Shown: one piece after another, positions 53,601-64,000 of the stretch
How the letters are laid out: each line of letters begins with the position of its first letter
Numbering within the stretch: position 1 is the first letter of the stretch
Assembly: GCF_009914755.1 (NCBI RefSeq)
Contig: NC_060947.1
Strand: one strand, 5' to 3'
Source of the DNA: the human T2T-CHM13v2.0 reference genome, Homo sapiens
Length of the DNA: 64,000 nucleotides
Notes under the pieces: model-generated
The model's input: only the letters and a program-made list of their open reading frames with translations
The model's database searches: none
Told to the model about the DNA's origin: nothing
Translations under genes and position numbers: made by a program

Positions 53601-56600
53601 ACTCTGTGGGTTGAATACAAACATCGCAAAGAATGTTCTGAGTTTGCTTCCGTTCAGTTATGGGAAGTTGATCCCGTTTCCAACGAAATCCTCAGAGAGG
53701 TCCAAATATCCCCTTGCAGATTCTACAAAACGTGTGTTTGGAAACTGCTCCATCATAACGAATGTTCAGCTCCCTGAGTTAAACTCCATCGTCACAAAGA
53801 ATTTTCTGAGAGTGCTACCGTCTGGTTTTTATATGAAGTTCTTTCCTTCACTACCAGAGACCTCAAAGCGGTCCAAATCTCCACTTGCAGATTCTACAAA
53901 AAGAGTGTTTGCAAACTGCTCTATCAAAAGGAATGTTCAACTCTGGGAGTTGAATGCAATCATCACAGAGCAGTTTCTGAGAATGCTTCTATGTCGTTTT
54001 TAGGAGAAGATATTTCCTTTTCCAACACAGTCCTCCAAGCCCGCTAAATAGCCACTTGCACATTGTAGAAAAAGTGTGTCAAAGCTGCGCTATCAAAGGG
54101 AAAGTTCAACTCTGTGAGGTGAATGCAAACATCCCAAAGAAGTTTCTGAGAATGCTTCCGTTTAGCTTTTAGGTGAAGATTATCCCGTTTCCAACGAAAG
54201 CTTCAAAGAGGTCCAAATATCCCCTTGCGGATCCCACAGAAAGAGTGTTTCGAAACTGCTGTTTCAAAAGGAATCTTCAACTCTGTGAGTTGAATGCAAT
54301 CATCACAAAGAAGTTTCTGACAATGCTTCTCTCTCGTCTTTCTGTGAACATAAAGGAAAAGGCGTTCAGGCCTTTGCCACCACAGGCCTGAAAGCGCTCC
54401 AAATGTCCACTTGCAGATTCTGCCAAAAGAATATTTCAAAACTGCTCTATGAAAAGCAATGTTAAACTCTGTGGCTGGAACACAAACATCACAAAGCGGT
54501 CTCTGAGAATGCTTCAGTTTAGTTTTTCTGTGGAAATATTCCCGTTTCCAAAGAAATCTTCAAAGAGGTCCACGTATCCACTTACAGATTCTACAAAAAG
54601 ACAGTTTCAAAACTGCTCAATCAAAAGGAGGGTTCAACTGTGTGACTTGAATGCAATCATCACTCAGAAGTTTCTGAGAATGCTTCTCTTTAGTTTTTAC
54701 GTGAACATATACCCGTTTCGAACGAAGGCCACCCAGTGGTCCAAATACCCACTTGCAGATTCTACAGAAAGAGTGTTTCGAACCTGAACTCTCAAAGGCA
54801 GGTTCATCTCTGCGAGTTAAATGTATTCATCATGAAGAACTTTCTCAGCGTGTTTGTGTTTAGTTATGGGAATTTATTCCCGTTCCCAACGAAATCCTCA
54901 GAGAGGTCCAAATGTCCACCTGCAGATTCTACCAAAAGTGTATTTGGAAACTGCTCCATCAACAGGCATGTTCAGCTCTGTGAGTGAAACTCCATCATCA
55001 CAAAGAATATTCTGAGAATGCTTCCGTTTGCCTTTTATATGAAGTTCCTTCCTATACGACCGTAGGCCTCAAAGCAGTGCAAATCTCCATTTGCAGATTC
55101 TACAAAAAGAGTGATTCCAATCTGCTCTATCAATAGGATTGTTCAACTCCATGAGTTGAATGCCATCCTCACAAAGTCGTTTCTGAGAATGCTTCTATCT
55201 AGTTTTTATGTGAAGATATTTCCTTTTCCACCACAGGCCTCAAAGCCCTCCAAACGTCCACTTGCAGATTCTCGAAAAAGAGTGTTTCATAGCTGCTCTT
55301 AAAAAAGGAAAGTTCAACTCTGGGAGTTGAATACAAACATCACAAAGTAGTTTCCGAGAATGCTTCTGTTTAGTTTTTATGTGAAGATGATCCCGTTTCC
55401 AGTGAAATCTTCAAAGAGGTCCACATATCCCCTTGCAGATTCCAAAGAAAGAGGGTTTCAAAACTGCTCCATCAATAGGATTGTTCAACTCTGTGAGTTG
55501 AATGCTGTCATCGCAGAAAACTTTCTGAGAATGCTTCTGTCTAGGTTTGATGTGAAGATATAGACGTTTCAAACGAAGGCTACAAAGTGGTCAAAATATA
55601 CACTTGCAGATACTACTACAAGGGTGTTGCAAACCTGAACTATCAAAGGAAGGTTCAACTCTGTGAGTTGAATACAAACATCACAAAGAATGTTCTGAGT
55701 TTGCTTCCGTTCAGTTATGGGAAGTTGATCCCGTTTCCAACGAAATCCTCAGAGAGGTCCAAATATCCCCTTGCAGATTCTACAAAACGTGTTTTTGGAA
55801 ACTGCTCCATCATAACGAATGTTCAGCTCCCTGAGTTAAACTCCATCGTCACAAAGAATTTTCTGAGAGTGCTACCGTCTGGTTTTTATATGAAGCTCTT
55901 TCCTTTACTACCCCAGGCCTCAAAGCGGTCAAAATCTCCACTTGCAGATTCTACAAAAAGAGTGTTTGCAAACTGCTCTATCAAAAGGAATGTTCAACTC
56001 TGGGAGTTGAATGCAATCATCACAGAGCAGTTTCTGAGAATGCTTCTATGTCGTTTTTAGGAGAAGATATTTCCTTTTCCAACACAGTCCTCCAAGTCCG
56101 CTAAATAGCCACTTGCACATTGTAGAAAAAGTGTGTCAAAGCTGCGCTATCAAAGGGAAAGTTCAACTCTGAGAGGTGAATGCAAACATCCCAAAGAAGT
56201 TTCTGAGAGTGCTTCCGTTTAGCTTTTAGGTGAAGATTATCCCGTTTCCAACGAAACCTTCAAAGAAGTCCAAATATCCCCTTGCGGATCCCACAGAAAG
56301 AGTGTTTCGAAACTGCTGTTTCAAAAGGAATCTTCAACTCTGTGAGTTGAATGCAATCATCACAAAGAAGTTTCTGACAATGCTTCTCTCTCGTCTTTCT
56401 GTGAAGATAAATAAATGCTTTCAGGCCTTTGCCACCACAGGCCTGAAAGCGCTCCAAATGTCCACTTGCAGATTCTGCCAAAAGAATATTTCAAAACTGC
56501 TTTGTGAAAAGCAATGTTAAACTCTGTGGCTCGAACACAAACATCACAAAGCGGTTTCTGAGAATGCTTCAGTTTAGTTTTTCTGTGGAAATATTCCCGT

Positions 56601-59600
56601 TTCCAAAGAAATCTTCAAAGAGGTCCACGTATCCACTTACAGATTCTACAAAAAGACAGTTTCAAAACTGCTCCATCAAAAGGAGGGTTCAACTGTGTGA
56701 CTTGAATGCAATCATCACTCAGAAGTTTCTGAGAATGCTTCTCTTTAGTTTTTACGTGAACATATACCCGTTTCGAACGAAGGCCACCCAGTGGTCCAAA
56801 TATCCACTTGCAGATTCTACAGAAAGAGTGTTTCGAACCTGAACTCTCAAAGGCAGGTTCATCTCTGCGAGTTAAATGCATTCATCATGAAGAACGTTCT
56901 CAGAGTGTTTGTGTTTAGTTATGGGAAATTATTCCCGTTTCCAACGAAATCCTCAGAGAGCTCCAAATATCCACCTGCAGATTCTACCAAAAGTGTATTT
57001 GGAAACTGCTCCATCAAAAGGCATGTTCAGCTCTGTGAGTGAAACTCCATCATCACAAAGAATATTCTGAGAATGCTTCCGTTTGCCTTTTATCTGAAGT
57101 TCCTTCCTATACGACCGTAGGCCTCAAAGCAGTCCAAATCTCCATTTGCAGATTCTACAAAAAGAGTGATTCCAATCTGCTCTATCAATAGGATTGTTCA
57201 ACTCCATGAGTTGAATGCCATCCTCACAAAGTCGTTTCTGAGAATGCTTCTATCTAGTTTTTATGTGAAGATATTTCCTTTTCCACCACAGGCCTCAAAG
57301 CCCTCCAAACGTCCACTTGCAGATTCTCGAAAAGGAGTGTTTCATAGCTGCTCTTTCAAAAGGAAAGTTCAACTCTGGGAGTTGAATACAAACATCACAA
57401 AGTAGTTTCCGAGAATGCTTCTGTTTAGTTTTTATGTGAAGATGATCCCGTTTCCAGTGAAATCTTCAAAGAGGTCCACATATCCCCTTGCAGATTCCAA
57501 AGAAAGAGGGTTTCAAAACTGCTCCATCAGAAGGATTGTTCAACTCTGTGAGTTGAATGCAGTCATCGCAGAAAACTTTCTGAGAATGCTTCTGTCTAGG
57601 TTTGATGTGAAGATATAGACGTTTCAAACGAAGGCTACAAAGTGGTCAAAATATACACTTGCAGATTCTACTACAAGGGTGTTGCAAACCTGAACTATCA
57701 AAGGAAGGTTCAACTCTGTGAGTTGAATACAAACATCACAAAGAATGTTCTGAGTTTGCTTCCGTTCAGTTATGGGAAGTTGATCCCGTTTCCAACGAAA
57801 TCCTCAGAGAGGTCCCAATATCCCCTTGCAGATTCTACAAAACGTGTGTTTGGAAACTGCTCCATAATAACGAATGTTCAGCTCCCTGAGTTAAACTCCA
57901 TCGTCACAAAGAATTTTCTGAGAGTGCTACCGTCTGGTTTTTATATGAAGTTCTTTCCTTCACTACCACAGACCTCAAAGCGGTCCAAATCTCCACTTGC
58001 AGATTCTACAAAAAGAGTGTTTGCAAACTGCTCTATCAAAAGGAATGTTCAACTCTGGGAGTTGAATGCAATCATCACAGAGCAGTTTCTGAGAATGCTT
58101 CTATGTCGTTTTTAGGAGAAGATATTTCCTTTTCCAACACAGTCCTCCAAGCCCGCTAAATAGCCACTTGCACATTGTAGAAAAAGTGTGTCAAAGCTGC
58201 GCTATCAAAGGGAAAGTTCAACTCTGTGAGGTGAATGCAAACATCCCAAAGAAGTTTCTGAGAATGCTTCCGTTTAGCTTTTAGGTGAAGATTATCCCGT
58301 TTCCAACGAAAGCTTCAAAGAGGTCCAAATATCCCCTTGCGGATCCCACAGAAAGAGTGTTTCGAAACTGCTGTTTCAAAAGGAATCTTCAACTCTGTGA
58401 GTTGAATGCAATCATCACAAAGAAGTTTCTGACAATGCTTCTCTCTCGTCTTTCTGTGAACATAAAGGAAAAGGCGTTCAGGCCTTTGCCACCACAGGCC
58501 TGAAAGCGCTCCAAATGTCCACTTGCAGATTCTGCCAAAAGAATATTTCAAAACTGCTCTATGAAAAGCAATGTTAAACTCTGTGGCTCGAAAACAAACA
58601 TCACAAAGCGGTCTCTGAGAATGCTTCAGTTTAGTTTTTCTGTGGAAATATTCCCGTTTCCAAAGACATCTTCAAAGAGGTCCACGTATCCACTTACAGA
58701 TTCTACAAAAAGACAGTTTCAAAACTGCTCAATCAAAAGGAGGGTTCAACTGTGTGACTTGAATGCAATCATCACTCAGAAGTTTCTGAGAATGCTTCTC
58801 TTTAGTTTTTACGTGAACATATACCCGTTTCGAACGAAGGCCACCCAGTGGTCCAAATGTCCACTTGCAGATTCTACAGAAAGAGTGTTTCGAACCTGAA
58901 CTCTCAAAGGCAGGTTCATCTCTGCGAGTTAAATGCATTCATCATGAAGAACTTTCTCAGCGTGTTTGTGTTTAGTTATGGGAAATTATTCCCGTTCCCA
59001 ACGAAATCCTCAGAGAGGTCCAAATGTCCACCTGCAGATTCTACCAAAAGTGTATTTGGAAACTGCTCCATCAACAGGCATGTTCAGCTCTGTGAGTGAA
59101 ACTCCATCATCACAAAGAATATTCTGAGAATGCTTCCGTTTGCCTTTTATATGAAGTTCCTTCCTATACGACCGTAGGCCTCAAAGCAGTGCAAATCTCC
59201 ATTTGCAGATTCTACAAAAAGAGTGATTCCAATCTGCTCTATCAATAGGATTGTTCAACTCCATGAGTTGAATGCCATCCTCACAAAGTCGTTTCTGAGA
59301 ATGCTTCTATCTAGTTTTTATGTGAAGATATTTCCTTTTCCACCACAGGCCTCAAAGCCCTCCAAACGTCCACTTGCAGATTCTCGAAAAAGAGTGTTTC
59401 ATAGCTGCTCTTTCAAAAGGAAAGTTCAACTCTGGGAGTTGAATACAAACATCACAAAGTAGTTTCCGAGAATGCTTCTGTTTAGTTTTTATGTGAAGAT
59501 GATCCCGTTTCCAGTGAAATCTTCAAAGAGGTCCACATATCCCCTTGCAGATTCCAAAGAAAGAGGGTTTCAAAACTGCTCCATCAATAGGATTGTTCAA

Positions 59601-62084
59601 CTCTGTGAGTTGAATGCAGTCATCGCAGAAAACTTTCTGAGAATGCTTCTGTCTAGGTTTGATGTGAAGATATAGACGTTTCAAACGAAGGCTACAAAGT
59701 GGTCAAAATATACACTTGCAGATACTACTACAAGGGTGTTGCAAACCTGAACTATCAAAGGAAGGTTCAACTCTGTGAGTTGAATACAAACATCACAAAG
59801 AATGTTCTGAGTTTGCTTCCGTTCAGTTATGGGAAGTTGATCCCGTTTCCAACGAAATCCTCAGAGAGGTCCAAATATCCCCTTGCAGATTCTACAAAAC
59901 GTGTTTTTGGAAACTGCTCCATCATAACGAATGTTCAGCTCCCTGAGTTAAACTCCATCGTCACAAAGAATTTTCTGAGAGTGCTACCGTCTGGTTTTTA
60001 TATGAAGCTCTTTCCTTTACTACCCCAGGCCTCAAAGCGGTCCAAATCTCCACTTGCAGATTCTACAAAAAGAGTGTTTGCAAACTGCTCTATCAAAAGG
60101 AATGTTCAACTCTGGGAGTTGAATGCAATCATCACAGAGCAGTTTCTGAGAATGCTTCTATGTCGTTTTTAGGAGAAGATATTTCCTTTTCCAACACAGT
60201 CCTCCAAGTCCGCTAAATAGCCACTTGCACATTGTAGAAAAAGTGTGTCAAAGCTGCGCTATCAAAGGGAAAGTTCAACTCTGAGAGGTGAATGCAAACA
60301 TCCCAAAGAAGTTTCTGAGAGTGCTTCCGTTTAGCTTTTAGGTGAAGATTATCCCGTTTCCAACGAAACCTTCAAAGAAGTCCAAATATCCCCTTGCGGA
60401 TCCCACAGAAAGAGTGTTTCGAAACTGCTGTTTCAAAAGGAATCTTCAACTCTGTGAGTTGAATGCAATCATCACAAAGAAGTTTCTGACAATGCTTCTC
60501 TCTCGTCTTTCTGTGAAGATAAATAAATGCTTTCAGGCCTTTGCCACCACAGGCCTGAAAGCGCTCCAAATGTCCACTTGCAGATTCTGCGAAAAGAATA
60601 TTTCAAAACTGCTTTGTGAAAAGCAATGTTAAACTCTGTGGCTCGAACACAAACATCACAAAGCGGTTTCTGAGAATGCTTCAGTTTAGTTTTTCTGTGG
60701 AAATATTCCCGTTTCCAAAGAAATCTTCAAAGAGGTCCACGTATCCACTTACAGATTCTACAAAAAGACAGTTTCAAAACTGCTCCATCAAAAGGAGGGT
60801 TCAACTGTGTGACTTGAATGCAATCATCACTCAGAAGTTTCTGAGAATGCTTCTCTTTAGTTTTTACGTGAACATATACCCGTTTCGAACGAAGGCCACC
60901 CAGTGGTCCAAATATCCACTTGCAGATTCTACAGAAAGAGTGTTTCGAACCTGAACTCTCAAAGGCAGGTTCATCTCTGCGAGTTAAATGCATTCATCAT
61001 GAAGAACTTTCTCAGAGTGTTTGTGTTTAGTTATGGGAAATTATTCCCGTTTCCAACGAAATCCTCAGAGAGCTCCAAATATCCACCTGCAGATTCTACC
61101 AAAAGTGTATTTGGAAACTGCTCCATCAACAGGCATGTTCAGCTCTGTGAGTGAAACTCCATCATCACAAAGAATATTCTGAGAATGCTTCCGTTTGCCT
61201 TTTATCTGAAGTTCCTTCCTATACGACCGTAGGCCTCAAAGCAGTCCAAATCTCCATTTGCAGATTCTACAAAAAGAGTGATTCCAATCTGCTCTATCAA
61301 TAGGATTGTTCAACTCCATGAGTTGAATGCCATCCTCACAAAGTCGTTTCTGAGAATGCTTCTATCTAGTTTTTATGTGAAGATATTAACTTTTCCACCA
61401 CAGGCCTCAAAGCCCTCCAAACGTCCACTTGCAGATTCTCGAAAAGGAGTGTTTCATAGCTGCTCTTTCAAAAGGAAAGTTCAACTCTGGGAGTTGAATA
61501 CAAACATCACAAAGTAGTTTCCGAGAATGCTTCTGTTTAGTTTTTATGTGAAGATGATCCCGTTTCCAGTGAAATCTTCAAAGAGGTCCACATATCCCCT
61601 TGCAGATTCCAAAGAAAGAGGGTTTCAAAACTGCTCCATCAGAAGGATTGTTCAACTCTGTGAGTTGAATGCAGTCATCGCAGAAAACTTTCTGAGAATG
61701 CTTCTGTCTAGGTTTGATGTGAAGATATAGACGTTTCAAACGAAGGCTACAAAGTGGTCAAAATATACACTTGCAGATTCTACTACAAGGGTGTTGCAAA
61801 CCTGAACTATCAAAGCAAGGTTCAACTCTGTGAGTTGAATACAAACATCACAAAGAATGTTCTGAGTTTGCTTCCGTTCAGTTATGGGAAGTTGATCCCC
61901 TTTCCAACGAAATCCTCAGAGAGGTCCAAATATCCCCTTGCAGATTCTACAAAACGTGTGTTTGGAAATTGCTCCATCATAACGAATGTTCAGCTCCCTG
62001 AGTTAAACTCCATCGTCACAAAGAATTTTCTGAGAGTGCTACCGTCTGGTTTTTATATGAAGTTCTTTCCTTCACTACCACAGA
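50635..62084. repeat. Dimeric super-repeat, period 4,112 bp (2055+2057), about 2.8 copies
   Basis: gcagatactac, aagctctttcctttactacccc and the 2 bp deletion occur in H26/H28/H30. HindIII, gaacataa, ggcgttc and cggtctct occur in H27/H29. ctcagcgtg, gttcccaacg, cagtgcaaa and catcaatagg occur in H25/H27/H29. Confidence 0.92.
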
Positions 62085-64000
62085 CCTCAAAGCGGTCCAA
62101 ATCTCCACTTGCAGATTCTACAAAAAGAGTGTTTGCAAACTGCTCTATCAAAAGGAATGTTCAACTCTGGGAGTTGAATGCAATCATCACAGAGCAGTTT
62201 CTGAGAATGCTTCTATGTCGTTTTTAGGAGAAGATATTTCCTTTTCCAACACAGTCCTCCAAGCCCGCTAAATAGCCACTTGCACATTGTAGAAAAAGTG
62301 TGTCAAAGCTGCGCTATCAAAGGGAAAGTTCAACTCTGTGAGGTGAATGCAAACATCCCAAAGAAGTTTCTGAGAATGCTTCCGTTTAGCTTTTAGGTGA
62401 AGATTATCCCGTTTCCAACGAAACCTTCAAAGAGGTCCAAATATCCCCTTGCGGATCCCACAGAAAGAGTGTTTCGAAACTGCTGTTTCAAAAGGAATCT
62501 TCAACTCTGTGAGTTGAATGCAATCATCACAAAGAAGTTTCTGACAATGCTTCTCTCTCGTCTTTCTGTGAAGATAAAGGAAAAGGCTTTCAGGCCTTTT
62601 CCACCACAGGCCTGAAAGCGCTCCAAATGTCCACTTGCAGATTCTGCGAAAAGAATATTTCAAAACTGCTTTGTGAAAAGCAATGTTAAACTCAGTGGCT
62701 CGAACACAAACATCACAAAGCGGTTTCTGAGAATGCTTCAGTTTAGTTTTTCTGTGGAAATATTCCCGTTTCCAAAGAAATCTTCAAAGAGGTCCACGCA
62801 TCCACTTACAGATTCTACAAAAAGACAGTTTCAAAACTGCTCCATCAAAAGGAGGGTTCAACTGTGTGACTTGAATGCAATCATCACTCAGAAGTTTCTG
62901 AGAATGCTTCTCTTTAGTTTTTACGTGAACATATACCCGTTTCGAACGAAGGCCACCCAGTGGTCCAAATATCCACTTGCAGATTCTACAGAAAGAGTGT
63001 TTCCAACCTGAACTCTCAAAGGCAGGTTCATCTCTGCGAGTTAAATGCATTCATCATGAAGAACTTTCTCAGAGTGTTTGTGTTTAGTTATGGGAAATTA
63101 TTAACGTTTCCAACGAAATCCTCAGAGAGCTCCAAATATCCACCTGCAGATTCTACCAAAAGTGTATTTGGAAACTGCTCCATCAAAAGGCATGTTCAGC
63201 TCTGTGAGTGAAACTCCATCATCACAAAGAATATTCTGAGAATGCTTCCGTTTGCCTTTTATCTGAAGTTCCTTCCTATACGACCGTAGGCCTCAAAGCA
63301 GTCCAAATCTCCATTTGCAGATTCTACAAAAAGAGTGATTCCAATCTGCTCTATCAATAGGATTGTTCAACTCCATGAGTTGAATGCCATCCTCACAAAG
63401 TCGTTTCTGAGAATGCTTCTATCTAGTTTTTATGTGAAGATATTTCCTTTTCCACCACAGGCCTCAAAGCCCTCCAAACGTCCACTTGCAGATTCTCGAA
63501 AAAGAGTGTTTCATAGCTGCTCTTTCAAAAGGAAAGTTCAACTCTGGGAGTTGAATACAAACATCACAAAGTAGTTTCCGAGAATGCTTCTGTTTAGTTT
63601 TTATGTGAAGATGATCCCGTTTCCAGTGAAATCTTCAAAGAGGTCCACATATCCCCTTGCAGATTCCAAAGAAAGAGGGTTTCAAAACTGCTCCATCAGA
63701 AGGATTGTTCAACTCTGTGAGTTGAATGCAGTCATCGCAGAAAACTTTCTGAGAATGCTTCTGTCTAGGTTTGATGTGAAGATATAGACGTTTCAAACGA
63801 AGGCTACAAAGTGGTCAAAATATACACTTGCAGATTCTACTACAAGGGTGTTGCAAACCTGAACTATCAAAGGAAGGTTCAACTCTGTGAGTTGAATACA
63901 AACATCACAAAGAATGTTCTGAGTTTGCTTCCGTTCAGTTATGGGAAGTTGATCCCGTTTCCAACGAAATCCTCAGAGAGGTCCAAATATCCCCTTGCAG

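Larger units (their letters stand above)
1..64000 (-). repeat. DXZ1: Alpha-satellite HOR array, 12-mer, ~2057 bp unit; human chromosome X centromeric array DXZ1 (suprachromosomal family 3)
   Basis: Alphoid monomers of ~171 bp (ttctgagaatgctt, ttcaactctgtgagttgaatgc, ccacttgcagattctaca) fill the window. ORF-track starts recur every 2055-2057 bp (59, 2116, 4173 ... 61754). The canonical unit has one BamHI (758), one SacI (1432) and one PstI (1449) site. CENP-B boxes lie on the minus strand. The DXZ1 assignment comes from the known 2.0 kb 12-mer BamHI unit, not from a database search. Confidence 0.96.

Noticed and set aside
59-63787. About 230 short ORFs (63-173 aa) on both strands, recurring every HOR
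   Set aside because: They are translations of alphoid monomers with 57-aa periodicity (LADSTKRVF..CS.KR.VQLCELN). Many start at GTG or other non-ATG codons, they overlap in several frames, stops and frameshifts come and go freely, and none resembles a known domain. They were useful only as variant markers.
1-64000. CRISPR-like or other prokaryotic repeat-spacer system
   Set aside because: There are no unique spacers and no associated genes. The sequence is continuous tandem 171 bp primate satellite.
1-64000. L1/Alu insertion, inversion, or HORs with monomers deleted or added
   Set aside because: Every unit spacing is 2055-2057 bp and orientation is constant, leaving no room for insertions or structural variant HORs.
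1-64000. Locating the kinetochore / CENP-A domain (centromere dip region) in this window
   Set aside because: That domain is defined epigenetically and cannot be read from sequence alone. It needs methylation or CENP-A mapping data.

Overview
The whole 64 kb window is an uninterrupted, single-orientation alpha-satellite higher-order repeat (HOR) array. It holds 31 complete 12-monomer HOR copies plus a 248 bp partial copy. Unit lengths are 2057 bp (23 copies), 2055 bp (7 copies) and 2056 bp (1 copy). The 12-mer of about 2.0 kb, the pentameric SF3-like substructure and the once-per-unit BamHI/PstI/SacI sites match the human X centromeric array DXZ1, here in reverse orientation (CENP-B boxes read canonically on the minus strand). 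I see no genes, transposon insertions, inversions or monomer-number variants, and every listed ORF is a by-product of the repeat. I cannot support a new gene system here. The interesting content is structural: a 10,283 bp (5-HOR) tandem duplication; a 4,112 bp (2-HOR) super-repeat; a 15 bp insertion built from inverted copies of adjacent DNA that forms two competing hairpins and concentrates variants; repeated independent loss of one specific CENP-B box; and variants that look like out-of-register conversion between monomers. HOR numbering (start positions): H1 1, H2 2058, H3 4115, H4 6170, H5 8227, H6 10282, H7 12339, H8 14396, H9 16453, H10 18508, H11 20565, H12 22622, H13 24679, H14 26736, H15 28791, H16 30848, H17 32905, H18 34962, H19 37019, H20 39076, H21 41133, H22 43190, H23 45247, H24 47303, H25 49360, H26 51417, H27 53472, H28 55529, H29 57584, H30 59641, H31 61696, H32 63753 (partial). 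All variant calls were made by eye with help from the ORF track, so the counts need confirmation by alignment.
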